Positions 36,850-50,252 are shown, counted from the first letter of the stretch. The stretch is 64,000 nt of DNA from Eledone cirrhosa (GCA_964016885.1 OZ024745.1:107942001-108006000), one strand, 5' to 3'. Notes: generated by a model from the sequence alone, not told the origin. A program made the numbers and translations.

Positions 36850-38135
36850 GTATGTTCTTCTGGTTTTATAATTTCACAAAGTTTTACCAATAGAGAGAGA
36901 GTCGGTTTCTAACATAGACACAAGACACTCTCATTGGAATTTACACAACATCAACTAGGTAGATATGTATGTATGCATGCATGTGTAGATATGGATGTTA
37001 TTGTATGTGTGGATGTGTATGTTTTGAGTTGTATGTGTGCATGTGTATATGCTTTGTATCTGTACATGTGTATATGCAGTTATTAGATGCAACATTTTTG
37101 GAATGTTTTACATATTTTTACTTTTAATTTCCTAACTAGTTGTGTTCTTTCTGTTCCTGTGAAGCCTAGCTTCTCAAGATTTGTATTGAGGCAGTTACTA
37201 ACATACCCCAGTGCCCCAATAATCACAGGCATACATCTGAAGGTGTAATCAGGGTGGAGTATCTGCAGATTTCTCATCAGTTCTGCATAAATATTCTCCT
37301 TTTCACTAATCTTTGATATTATATTGGCATCTGCTGGGCAGCTAATTTCCACTACTGTGCATGTTTTCTTCTCCCTGTCCCATATCATATCTGGTCTGTT
37401 ATGCCTACATTTTATTGGGGTTTTTACTGGAACATTCCACCAGTACTCTTTCATATTATGTACATGGAGGTCTTCCACATTGTTGTAGCTTTTAATGTGT
37501 CATCAGCAGCTGTCCAAAGATGTCATCGCGGTACTATCTACCTATGAGGCATGATGTAGTGGCCAAAACACTGTACAATGCAGTTCGTAAAAAAGTTAGC
37601 CGCGATGACATCTTTGGACAGCTGCTGATGACATGGGTGATATCCTCGCTGTTAGTTCTGCAGAGTCTACACTTGTTATCACATCTAGGTGTTTTGCCTG
37701 CATCCCTATCTCTTTTGTGAATCAGGTATTTTGTGCTAATCTCCTGTTCTTGGATTGCAAAAGCGTATCCTTCAAAGTGGGAGCCAATATAGTGGTTGTT
37801 GGTCCAAGCTAGACTACTTTCCTTATCTATATTACTCTCACTCTGGAGCTTCCTGGCAACATATCCATGCATTATTTTTTGCTGATAGGCATGCAGTTTT
37901 TCATCCATGGATTCACTGTGATACTGCTGAGCGACATCCCTGGGTGTGAGTTTCTGATTATCACACAGGGAATATCTCTCAAGGAGTTCCTTCCCAACTC
38001 TCATGATCTTATCTGTTTCATGCAGATAGACTTGCTCGAGAAACGGGCTCCTACACTTCGAGGTTCGTAGATGTTGTCGGAGAGATATGATGCGACATTC
38101 AAATGTTGTCTGGACTGATGTTAGGCCTCTGCCTA
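36850..38135 (-). mobile_element. RLE-type (R4/NeSL-like) non-LTR retrotransposon, 5'-truncated, ending in (CATA)n
   Basis: Zinc knuckle CRLC..H...SC, RHD, RPD.IWD and VVEISCP..K restriction-like endonuclease motifs. Confidence 0.85.
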
Positions 38136-38139
38136 ATAT

Positions 38140-38462
38140 GTATGTATCTATGTATGTATGTTCTTCTGGTTTTATAATTTCACAAATTTTTTCCCAAGAG
38201 AGAGAGAGTCGATTTCTAACATAGCCACAAGACTCTCTCATTGGAATTTACACAACTAGGTAGATTATGTATGCATGCATGCATGTGTAGATATGGATGT
38301 TATTGTATGTGTGGATGTGTATGTTTTGAGTTGTATGTGTGCATGTGTATATGCTTTGTATCTGTACATGTGTACAGTTATTGATGCAAAATTTTTGGAA
38401 TGTTTTACATATTTTTACTTTTCCATTAATGGGTTGTACTTGTAATTTCCTAACTAGTTGTG
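38140..38462 (-). mobile_element. Second short 3' end of the same RLE LINE, in tandem
   Basis: Repeats ~36850-37145 and is flanked by (TATG)n. Confidence 0.8.
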
Positions 38463-40804
38463 TATGTGTGTATGCATGTGTGTTTGTATGTTAAAGAGGA
38501 CATGCATAATTTGAATTTAATTTATGAAATGAAACTGGAACTTAGAAAATATTAGACTACAAGAAACATTAACTGGTACATGGTAAAAATTACGACTTTA
38601 AGCTTCAAGACCAGCAAATCACAAATGGAGTTCTACATGTCCAATCAACATGCTGAAAATAGCAACCAAAAATCTCCCTCAACTCACATACTTTCATCTT
38701 TAAAAAGGTAGGACATATTGGATAATTTAGTCATATGCCTTATTAAAAAAATGGATGCCATGGCTGGAAAGGCTTTTGGGCCATAGGTCTGCTCAGTCAT
38801 GGCTAAACAACAACAGCAAAGGTATACTTTTGTATACTACAAGATATTTTAGGACCTCACTAAACCCTTAAAATGCAACTATCACAATATGCATGTATAA
38901 GGGAGCTGTTATGTGGTGACTCCCCCAGCTAGGAATATCAGTTAAATCTGCTTCAAATCACACCCTAGCAGTCAAAAGAATTAAACAATTAGATAATTGT
39001 TTCTACTTTAGGCACAAGGCCAGCAATTACCAGTGCATTACTAGTACTTTATTTTATCGACCCCGTAAGGATGAAAGGCAAAGTCAACCTCGGCGGGATT
39101 TGAACTCATAATGTGCTCTGATAATTTCATTTATAGAATATATCATGTAAATACAGTTTAATAGAAAAAGAAAAATAGAAAATTTAGATTGAGAAGAATG
39201 GAATGTAAAATAGAAAAATTTAGAGAAAAAAGAGAAAAGAAAAAATAGAACGGGGAGGGAATGGAAAGGACTCTAATGTCACAGAAGAATAGGGATGGGG
39301 GAGGATGGTTGGGCTCTGGGCCTAGGGCATGGCAGTAAAGTGGCTGTGCCCCACGAACAAGACCGCAAAAGCATTTCCGCGGACAATGGCCAGCGACACC
39401 CACTGCAACAGCCACCCGACCTGGTGGGCTCCTTCCTTAGACAGACCACCAACGTTCCCATATACACTGTGGCTAAAAATACAATGACTGTTTGGACATG
39501 CTTAAATGATTTTGATCATAGGTCTGTTCAGTCAGAGCTGATTTTGAATTAAACAACATATCGAGAGAGAAAATTTATCTGATCTAGAAGTAATTGTATA
39601 ACCCAACAGACAAGTTATTCTAAGTGTATGAATACTTAAAACTAAAAAGTTGTAAGTCATAGAAAAAAAAGTTTAAAGAAATAATATATAATAAAGATTA
39701 AAAAAAACCCCCAGAAAATTCAAATGAAGACAATAACCATTCAAACTATAAATATTTGAAACACAAATAAGAAGGTGGGGGGATAAAATAACTAAACAAA
39801 ATCCCCAAACAAGATCAGCATATCCTGTTGTTAATTGTATTGTCAGGACCTCTGAGATTAGACAATGGAATAGAGTGGAAGATTTCAAAATTGCCTTAAA
39901 TTTTTTAGTAATGTGGCCCACCTTATAATGAGTCACATCCTATGCAGCCCACTGCTTGAAAAAGATTGTCCATGCCTGCCTCGGACCAAGGTTGAGGAAA
40001 AAATAATATTGGTCAACAACTAATGTTAATTTTAATTTGTCAGTAAATAAGAGAGACTATTTCAAATATGTTTTAGTCTTATCTGATCAGCAAAGCCTAG
40101 CTTTCACTGTACTTGCAGAAGTAGTGATTAATGAATCACTGTGAAATATTTCCATGCTTGGAAGGGTTAGTGTAGATTTTTTTAAAGCTGGTTGCCTTTC
40201 ATACAACATTTTAATAGATTATTCATAGGAAGAAAGCAGTACCCATAACTCCTTTTATAGCCTCCATGATTGGTGACAGGAAGATAGGAAGTTATACTTA
40301 GATCAGAGACATGGCCTGAATACTTGCATCAGAATGTGTCAGGTGAATGACAAAAATCTGAGACCAACTCATACACAAGAAGATGCTACAAAATATAAAC
40401 TGGAAAACACCCATAAATTTCAAAGTGCCTCAGGTTAAAATATAAAATTCTTGCAGCCAAAACCAACACTGATACTGCAAATCTACTGACAGTATTTAAA
40501 GTGTTGCATAGCAAAAAGTGGAATAGAAAGATACATTTACAATGAACTCAAAGTCTGCAGTGAGAAAATTATTATAAAATATTTTATAGTAGAACTACAA
40601 AACTGTCTAGAGAGACACAAGTGTGTGGATAAGGAGTTTGATTCACAGTTACATGGTTTGAGGTTCTCTCACACTGTGTGACATATTAGGCAAGTGTTCT
40701 GGCTGAAAGTGATATTTCTGGTTTATCAGAAACAGTGTGAGGAGGTCAAGGTACTGTGAGCAGAATTTGGCTGATGGAAACTATATAAGCATGTTGTTTG
40801 TATG

Positions 40805-42962
40805 TCATCATCATCATCATCATCACCGTTTTACGTCCGTTCTTCCACGCTAGCATGGGTTAGACGGGTTGTCCTGTTGTGGGCAGTGTCTGGTCGGCTG
40901 ACCATGCCTTGCTCATACAGGAACTGATCTGGCTTGATTTCTACAGCTGGATGCCCTTCCTAACATCAACCTCATTTACAGTGAGTGCTGGGTGCTTTTT
41001 CGTGGCGCCTACACGTCCACTTTACAGTGTGGGCTGGGTGCTTTTTTGCCGTGGCACCTCCACGACCACCTTGCGGTGGGGGGGGGGGGGCATATTGATT
41101 ATATGCTTCAGCATGTACCCATGGGAGGTCGGGTACCCTGTATTACTGCGTGACGCCAGAGGTCACGGTCGTGTGTCATTGACTTTGAGAGGTGTAGTTG
41201 GGTTAGGTCGGCTTTTATCACCTCATCCCAAGTCATCTTGGGTCTCCCCACTCCGCGGTTTCCATCAACTTCTAGTGCTCTGCACCTTTTTATGCAGCTG
41301 TCATCCTTCATACGCATCACATGTCCATACCAGCGTAACCGCCTCTCCTGCACGCAGCATTTGATTCCTCTTATGCTCAGTCTCTCTCTCAATTCCTTTA
41401 TGCTTTGTCGTTCACGTATATTACTGTTACACATCCATCGGAGCATGCAGGCTTCGTTTCTCTCTAATCTACGTAAGTCTTCCACCTTCAGCGCCCAGGT
41501 CTCACTACCATGCAACATCGCTGTTCGGATACACGCATCATACAGTCTGCCTTTCATTCTGAGGGAGAAGCCTTTTGCAGCTAGCAGTGGTAGTAGTTCC
41601 CTAAACTTCTTCCATCCCGTTCTTACCCTAGTTATTGTACTTTCTGAGCACCCACCTCCGTTGCTAATTCGGTCACCTAGGTAGCAGAAGCTGTCTACTG
41701 TTTCTACAGGGCCCTCCCAGAGATTGGTGGTACTTGTTTCCTGTGGCTGTTTGCTTGCTGTTTCAGCACAGCTGCTGCATGTGAATCCTACATTCTTAAT
41801 TAAGCTTCCTGAGATCCCGCTACATCTCTTGTGTACCCATTGTTTGCATTTGGGGCAAAGAATGGAGTTCCTACCTACACCTTTCCTACATACTGAGCAA
41901 GGCCATTTCCCTGAGGGGATCTGGGTTCTGTTTTCTCGTCTACTTATAAGGACCTTAGTCTTTGTCATGTTGACTTTGAGGCCCTTTCTCTCTAGTCCCT
42001 GCTTCCAGGTTTGGAATTTATTCTCTAGTTCTACCATAGATTCAGCTATGAGTGCGAGGTCATCAGCATACAGGAGTTCCCATGGGCATCCGGTCTTAAA
42101 CTCCTCCGTTATTGCCTGCAGGACTATGATGAACAGGAGAGGGCTAAGAACAGAGCCCTGGTGGACCCCAACCTGTACGCTAAATTCCTCGCTATACTCA
42201 TTGCCAATCCTAACTTTGCTGACTGCTCCCCTATACATGGCTTGTACCGCTTTCACAAGCCATTCATCTACTCCTAGTTTTCTAAGAGCCCACCAGATTA
42301 CTGCACGTGGAACTCTGTCAAAGGCTTTCTCAAGGTCGACAAATGCCAAGTAGAGTGGCTTACTTTTAGCTAGGTACTTTTCCTGTAATTGCCTCACAAG
42401 GAAGAGGGCATCAGTGGTGCCTTTCCCTGGTACAAACCCAAATTGCATCTCGTCTATATTCACCCAGTCCCTAATCAGCTGTGCTATAACTCTTTCTGTT
42501 ACTTTCATGACCTGGTCCATCAACTTTATACCTCTATAGTTTCCTCTATCTAGTGCATCGCCTTTACCTTTGTAGCAGTTGACAATGATGCTACTGCACC
42601 AATCTTTTGGTATGGCCCCCTCTAGTATTACCTGGTTAACGATACGTGTGGTTATAGTGTGACCTACAGACCCAGATGCCTTCAGCATCTCGGCAGCTAT
42701 ACCCGATGGACCGGTTGCCTTCCCTATCTTCATATCTCTGATTGCCTTACTTACTACGCTGCCGCTGACTTGTACTGCTGGTCCCTCTATAGGGTCTACG
42801 TGGGGTAGGGTCTCTTCTTCCCATGCATTCTCCTCATTTAGTAATCTATCATAATGACTCTTCCATGCATCTTTCTTCTCAGCACTTGTGAGGGCAAGCT
42901 CACCTTTATCATTCCGGATACACTTCTCTCCAATGACATCACAACTATCTCTGACACACTGC
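40805..42962 (-). mobile_element. RTE/BovB-clade LINE, 5'-truncated; RT ORF 41108-42733
   Basis: Same RT motifs (YADD); 3' UTR and (GAT)n tail at ~40805-40826. Confidence 0.95.
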
Positions 42963-44419
42963 GATGTGTATGTCGATATCTGTGTCTATGTCTAAGGTTA
43001 TGTCCAGTAGTGAAGGTGCGTGGCTTTGTGGTTAGGATATTCAGCTTACAATCATAAGGTTGTGAGTTCGATTCCTGGAAGCGCATTGTGTCCTTGAGCA
43101 AGACACTTAATTTCACATTGCTCCAGTCTACTCAGCTGGCAAAAATGAGTTGTGCCTATAGTTCAAATGGCCAGCTTTGTCACATTTTGTGTCACACTGT
43201 GTCTCCCTGAGAACTACATTAATTGTATGCATGTCTGTGGAATGCACAGCATGTTAATTTCATGAGCAGGCTGTTCCATTGATCGGATCAACTGGAACAC
43301 TCGTCGTCGTAACCGACAGAGTGCCTCATGATGTTCTGTAACTTAGTAGTTCAACAAAAAGAGATTGATAAAATAAGTACCAGACTTAGAAAAATAAATA
43401 TTGAGGTTGATATAATTGACTAAATGCCCCAGCATGACTGCAGTTTAATGACTGAAACAAGTAGAAGAATAATACTATTAAAGAAAAGTAGTAAAACAAC
43501 AAGACACAGCTGAAACTAATTAGAGTTGCAGGGTAAAGAAGTTTGTTTCCCTGGTGGTTCCTGTTTCAATTACACTGTATAGTACCTATCAAAGTCTCAG
43601 GTTGACCAATGCATTTTGAGTGAAATTCAGTATATGGAATTTTCAGAAGCCTTTTATATGTTTGAATGTATGTGTGTGTATGTAATTCTGTATATCTATT
43701 GCCAATGAATACTGGGGAATGATGCATAAGTGAGAAAACTGAAAACCCAGTACTTTTGGAATAAAGTCCTTTATGCCATTTGTTCTACAGAATCACACAG
43801 AACTCCCTTTTCACTTACAGCATTGAAAATGCAATGAACCAGTGATTGGTATTTGCAATGGATTATGTCAGCGACCAGGATGCAAAGATGCACCAAAATA
43901 TTTCACATCTCATAAAATAAATAAAAAGTAAATATAAAATATTTTGTCCAGAATTATATTCCATACTGAAATGATCATTTTTTTCCCATATCATCGTCAT
44001 CATCATCATCAGTTAACATCCACTTTCACTGCTAGTAAGGGTTGGACAAGTCTTCATAGACCAAGTCAGTACTGAAAAGGGGCTACTGACATCCAAGACA
44101 GGCAAAGGGGTCTGCATACTGCTTACATATGGTCATGTTGAGTGCAGAAGAGTTGTTGTGCCTTTTGACACAAACTGAAGGATCTTCTCCCTTGTTTGAC
44201 AAGCTTTCTACAGCTGGATGCCCTTCCTAACACCAACCCCTTTACAGTGTGAACTGGGTAATTTTATTGTGTAGGTCACCAGTACTAGTCAGATTGTCAT
44301 GTTTTTTACACAACTAAAAGATCCTCCCAGCCCTTTGCTTGGCAAGCTTTGTATGACTTGATGCCTTTCCTATCACCAACCACATTACAGCATGTACAGT
44401 GTGTTTTACCATGTGGATC

Positions 44420-44915
44420 TTTGATCTCCAAGCCACACACTATCAAGTAATGTTACTCCAAAGACCCTTCAGAGGAACCTCATTTTTGCCACTTGATTTC
44501 ACAATCATATTCTTTCAGTCATTACCCAAGATTCATGACCATAGGTAAAGATTGGCACGAATACTGATTTGAAGATAGCGAGATTGGCTTTTACATCTAC
44601 CTCCCTTCTTCTAATTACTGAACGCTAAAGCTGGCACATTACTTCAGCAGCTCCTGCAATTCTTCCACTTAATTCTGCCTCCTGCCTTCCATCATTTGTG
44701 AACAGGGCCCAGTGATACTTGAACTACTCCACCTGCTTTAGTGGCCCAGTGATACTTGAACTACTCCACCTGCTTTAGTGTACACTGCGCAAGCTTTCTT
44801 GGGAAGACGAGTGTCTCAGTTTTTGCAGCACCGATTTTCATTCCAGCCATGCAGCACTCATCAGCATCAAACCTATCAAGTGCATATCAGAGATCACCAT
44901 CTGTCGAGTTAAGTA
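44420..44915 (-). mobile_element. Old RTE (Rex3/Expander-like) RT fragment; related pieces near 30050-30350 and 16190-16330
   Basis: Minus frame reads AIFKSVFVPIFTYGHESWVMTERI. Confidence 0.6.
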
Positions 44916-45074
44916 ACATTCTGGAATTTTAATTTAAATAGGAACCCTTTAAAATGGGTGGTTCTGTGTCATAGAACCAGGGCCTTTTTGGGGTAGGTTG
45001 GTATGGAAAGTGTTAATCTATATACATTGGTATGGAAAGTGTTAATCTATATACATTGGTATGGAAAGTGTTAA

Positions 45075-45860
45075 TCTATATACATAAATGGCAATTTCTG
45101 TCTGTGTGTGTGTGTTTGTTTCTGGATTTGTTTGTGAACCTAAAACTCAAAAACTACCAAACCGATCTTGATGAAACTTGACACGTGTGTGGGGCTGATG
45201 CCCATTTGATTTCTTACATATATTTCATTTTAATCAAAGGGTTCCCCGGGGGCTCAAACCCTCGCTGAAAACCCCTGCTGAAAGTTTTTTCCCTTCGATT
45301 TATATGAATTTTAAACCATAGGTAAATGACAAGATATGATGCTTATTCTCAAAATTTCAGCAAATTTCAATAATATTAAGACACCCTGTAGTGAAAATTT
45401 TGGCCAATAAATGGAACAAGATTTCACAAACTCCTCCAATGGTTTTGGAGATAGAACCCCATAACCATATATATTCTGAAACTACATTGTCCAGGGTACT
45501 TGGATAAGTATATTTCATTTTAATGTGCCCCTTGGGGGCACAAAACCCCCGCTGAAAATGTTTTCCCTTCGATTTATATGAAATTTAAACCATAGGTAAA
45601 TGACAAGATATGATGCCTATTTGCAAAACTTTTCAATTGATATTTTGAAAAAAATGATTTACAAGAAACAAAATAAGAATAAGATTTAATAATGTAATTT
45701 TGATTTGATATATTACAAAAAATAATGTTTTCCAATTTTTCATACATTATATTTTAGATTGAGTAATATTGAAATGCAGAGTTTTTCTCCATAAATTATA
45801 TCACTGATTTAAAACAATCATCATTTTCTTACAAAAAAAACGCACAGGTAATTTGGCTAG
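45075..45860 (+). mobile_element. Non-autonomous Helitron related to 59268-60072
   Basis: A|TCTATATA start, shared cctaaaactc..acc..aaactt segment, CTAG|T end; 3' hairpin degraded. Confidence 0.7.
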
Positions 45861-48251
45861 TGGTATATAAATGCCAGATAAAACAAGTATACACATACTA
45901 CTTAGATACATATTTGGGTCAGATTAGGTAAGATAGATAAGATAACGGAAACTAGTGTGCAAAAACTATTTAGAAAATGAATGTTTAGAGAGATTGTGAT
46001 TAAATAATAGTGTTAAATAATAGAAATAGGACTTTGAACAAAAAGGCTCCTGTGCCTTATCACTTCAAAGTGAAATTAAATAAACAAGTAAGTTTAAAGC
46101 CAGCATTCGTCTCCTTGAAATCGCATGATTATATCTAAATTCAGGAAAATCTGAAAAGTAATAACATTCTGTCTCTAATTGTGTACAAACATGACTGTGA
46201 AAGAAGTTTACTTTATGACCTTGTAGTTCCAGATTCAATCCTATTACACAACAGCTTTGACAAGTGTTTTTTACCATAGACTCAAATTGACCAACACATT
46301 ATGAGTAAAATTTGGGACATAGAAACTGAATGGAAGTGTGTTATACATGCATGTGTGGATATGTGTGTACATATGTGTGTTTCAGTGTGTATTTGTGTTT
46401 GTATTGTATGGTCCTGTAACTCCTGTTAGAGTCGTAGAGGCACCGAGTTGACATATGGAGTTTCTTGGACATTTTAAACCTGAGTACAGAAGATTTCTTC
46501 CAGAGAGAGGAAGAATCGATCCCAGTATTAGACTGGTACTTTTTTTTTATCCACCTCAAAAGGATGAAAGGCAAAGTTGACCTCAGCAGGATTTGAACTC
46601 AGAGAGCCGGAACGAATACCATAAAGCATTCTATCAGACATTCTAACGACTCAGCCAATCCACCGCCTATAAGTGTATATATGTTTTGCCAATGTATATT
46701 GGTGAAGAATATAAATATTTGCAAGAATACCATGAAAATAAATATATTTTTTTTAATAAGATAAAAAAAAAATTGGTGTATTACAAATGAAGCCCCTTAA
46801 AATTTTGTTCCACATTGAGTTAGACACTTCCTTGCCCCTTTCACCATCAGAAATGCAGTCAACCAATGATTGACTTATTACAGATCTGTCACCAATTGCA
46901 ATATAAAATAAAATAAATATGGTACAGACAACAAAGTGTATATGGTGAAATTAGTCCAGTAACTGGTTTAAGATCATTGGACCACACCATTGGAGAGACA
47001 CTGTGATGAGCATAAATATTTAAGTTAAGAGAGTGTTCAGGTTTGCTTGAAGCATTGTGGAATATGATAAATAGTCAGTTTGGAAGCCTCTACAATGCAG
47101 AGGAGTAAATCTTCTGGCAATGAAATCCAGTGGCATAGGAGAAGAAAAAGGAAAACAAACGTAAATTAATGCAAAAAGGAGGAAAGAGGAAAAAGAAGAA
47201 AAAGAATGCCAGAGTGTGTACCTTAAAAATATTAATAAATCTTTTAAGGTACACAGATTCGGGCATTCTTCTTCTTCCAAACTGACTATTTTTCATTTTA
47301 AGTTAATTACATTTTCATTTTAAGTTAATTACATTTTCATTTTAAGTTAATTACATTGCAAAAGTATGTACATGATGCAAATTAAACTGGCTATTTTAGT
47401 TAAGCTCTGGTTTGTGTTTGGTATAAATAGTGATTTTCTATGAGTTCTATTTGTAGGTAAATTCTTTTTTTCTATTAATTCCAATTAATAAAACGTAACT
47501 CCTGATAGAGTCATAGGGGGACTGTAGTGGCATACAACGTTTCTTGGGCATTGTTAAACCTGGCTGAACCTATCCCTATCCATGTCTGAACACAGCAGAT
47601 CTCTTCCAGAGAAAGATAGAGAGTGAGAGAATGGAAGTGAGAAAGAGAGATAGAGGAAGAATCAAACTCAGTGTTAAACTGGTACTTTTTTTTTTATCAA
47701 CCTCGAATGGATAAAAGGCAAAGTTTACCTCAGCAAGATTTGAACTCAGAAATGAAGCCAGAATGAATACTGTAAAGCTTTCTATCTGACGAATCTGACA
47801 GTTCACCACCTGTAGGTGAATTTAAATATAGGTAATTCTCTTCTGGTGAAAAGCAAATTAGCTGTGAAACATGTAAAGAAATAGGAAATGCATTATTTGT
47901 GTGGGAAAGTTTTAAAGGGTTACATACATATATATATAAATGGGTATGAATCGAAGTTGAAGCCACAATATAGCAGGTACTAATCAAATTGTTTGAGGCA
48001 ATCACAAAGCACTCAATGGAGCGAGAAGTTAATACATTATCGTCCAGTGTGTATATATATATATATATATATGAAATACGTCCCGTCACGCACAAGGCGC
48101 CAAGGTACGCATGTATTGTCCAACCAAGTGCCAGTGTGGTTCAATGGCGGGTTAATAAATTAACGAGCCAGAACAAATATAAACAAGGTTTAGTAAATAA
48201 TGAAAAAGTTTCAAAATAAATTTTAAAAAATTGACTTTACCTACTATAGTT

Positions 48252-48335
48252 ACCTTTACCGATCGGTTTCGAATCCCAAAAATAAAACGGAGGCCATACG
48301 GCCTTCGTTGCAAAGAGAGATTCTCGTCAGAAGGT
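48252..48335 (-). ncRNA. Type I hammerhead ribozyme (array copy 1)
   Basis: Minus strand: ACCTT-CTGACGA-GAATCTC...GGGATTC-GAAA-CCGATCGG-TA-AAGGT; canonical core, G-C closing stem II, palindromic stem III, GUA site. Confidence 0.9.
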
Positions 48336-48734
48336 TCTTTTCATTCAAAGAATATAAAATTCCTGAATTTAAATCACAAACTAGCGCTATCAAAGACTGT
48401 TCCTGGGATGAGAGTGGATGATGTAGAACAGGTTTATCAAGGGCCGTAGTAAAGATAGAGGCAAAAGGAGGTAGGTCAAACTAGCCACCGCTGTTGTCAG
48501 CAGCAGTCGGAATGACCCGGTTTATTCTCAACGTTTGTGGAGGTAGTAGTAATATGAAATATGTCCCGTCACGCACAAGGCGCCAAGGTACGCATGTATT
48601 GTCCAACCAAGTGTCAGTGTGGTTCAATGGCGGGTTAATAAATTAACGAGCCAGAACAAATATAAACAAGGTTTAGTAAATAATGAAAAAGTTTCAAAAT
48701 AAATTTTAAAAAATTGACTTTACCTACTATAGTT

Positions 48735-48818
48735 ACCTTTACCGATCGGTTTCGAATCCCAAAAATAAAACGGAGGCCATACGGCCTTCGTTGCAAAGAG
48801 AGATTCTCGTCAGAAGGT
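48735..48818 (-). ncRNA. Type I hammerhead ribozyme (array copy 2)
   Basis: Same sequence as copy 1. Confidence 0.9.
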
Positions 48819-49217
48819 TCTTTTCATTCAAAGAATATAAAATTCCTGAATTTAAATCACAAACTAGCGCTATCAAAGACTGTTCCTGGGATGAGAGTGG
48901 ATGATGTAGAACAGGTTTATCAAGGGCCGTAGTAAAGATAGAGGCAAAAGGAGGTAGGTCAAACTAGCCACCGCTGTTGTCAGCAGCAGTCGGAATGACC
49001 CGGTTTATTCTCAACGTTTGTGGAGGTAGTAGTAATATGAAATACGTCCCGTCACGCACAAGGCGCCAAGGTACGCATGTATTGTCCAACCAAGTGCCAG
49101 TGTGGTTCAATGGCGGGTGAATAAATTAACGAGCCAGAACAAATATAAACAAGGTTTAGTAAATAATGAAAAAGTTTCAAAATAAATTTTAAAAAATTGA
49201 CTTGACCTACTATAGTT

Positions 49218-49301
49218 ACCTTTACCGATCGGTTTCGAATCCCTAAAATAAAACGGAGACCATACGGCCTTCGTTGCAAAGAGAGATTCTCGTCAGAAGG
49301 T
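49218..49301 (-). ncRNA. Type I hammerhead ribozyme (array copy 3)
   Basis: Core intact; substitutions only in the distal part of stem II. Confidence 0.88.
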
Positions 49302-49404
49302 TCTTTTCATTCAAAGAATATAAAATTCCTGAATTTAAATCACAAACTAGCGCTATCAAAGACTGTTCCTGGGATGAGATATATATATAGTTTTAATATA
49401 GATG

Positions 49405-49455
49405 AGATTCTACAGGACTAGAACTGTTTCATTCTTTAGAAATCATCAGGAATCT
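49405..49455 (-). ncRNA. Type I hammerhead ribozyme, copy in the inverted pLTR
   Basis: Exact reverse complement of 55337-55387. Confidence 0.75.
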
Positions 49456-50051
49456 GGGTATCAAAAAATAAATATGGTATTTATAGGTCTCAACAAGTGG
49501 TAGGAGAGGGTGGGGAGTGGGATGGGTGTAGGTCATTGGTTGATAGAAAAGGGAATTCATTAAAAGCTAATTCTACAAAGCTATAGTTTATTTTTAATTT
49601 TTGTTTTTAGAGTAACAAAGGCAGACAGAATTCTATAAACAGGTTCCGGATGGCATACCATTCCTTGTCATTAAGTTTCTCTTAAGCTAACAGATGTTTA
49701 TAAGATCAGTGGGGGGGGGGGGGGGTCAGTCATGGTAGATAGAATTAAAAGAAAGGGAGATTCTTTAAAAGCTAAATTCATTAAGGTTCTACTAAGTGAC
49801 AAAGGTTTAGAGAATTCTGTAGACAGATTCAAAATACTGAGTGCATATCTTACAATTATCTTCAAACTTCTCTTAAACTAATCAACTATATGCCAAAAAT
49901 CAACAGACACATTCACAAAAAAACACACTCACTCACACACTCGCGCGCAACCATAAACACACATACACATATACACACATACACATATACACACATAAAA
50001 AAAACCCACACACATATATAAATATATTTATATACACATATATATACACAC

Positions 50052-50083
<32 letters not shown>

Positions 50084-50221
50084 ATATATATATACACACA
50101 CACACACACATATATATACACTCACACACATACATACATACAGATATACATGTGTATACATATACATATATATACACATACATATACATATATACACATA
50201 TATATATACATATATATACAC

Positions 50222-50252
<31 letters not shown>

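Larger units (their letters stand above)
48071..49379 (-). repeat. 483-bp tandem repeat (~2.7 copies), retrozyme-like, one hammerhead per unit, flanked by (TA)n
   Basis: Identical landmarks recur at 48252, 48735 and 49218; only a few substitutions between units. Confidence 0.92.

Noticed and set aside
41238-42353. Long plus-strand ORFs over RTE copies (also minus-strand ORFs at 60206-61987)
   Set aside because: Antisense shadows of the RT frame.
48231-48449. 72-aa ORF repeated in the tandem array
   Set aside because: TTG start, no recognisable motif, antisense to the hammerhead; most simply a by-product of the repeat.
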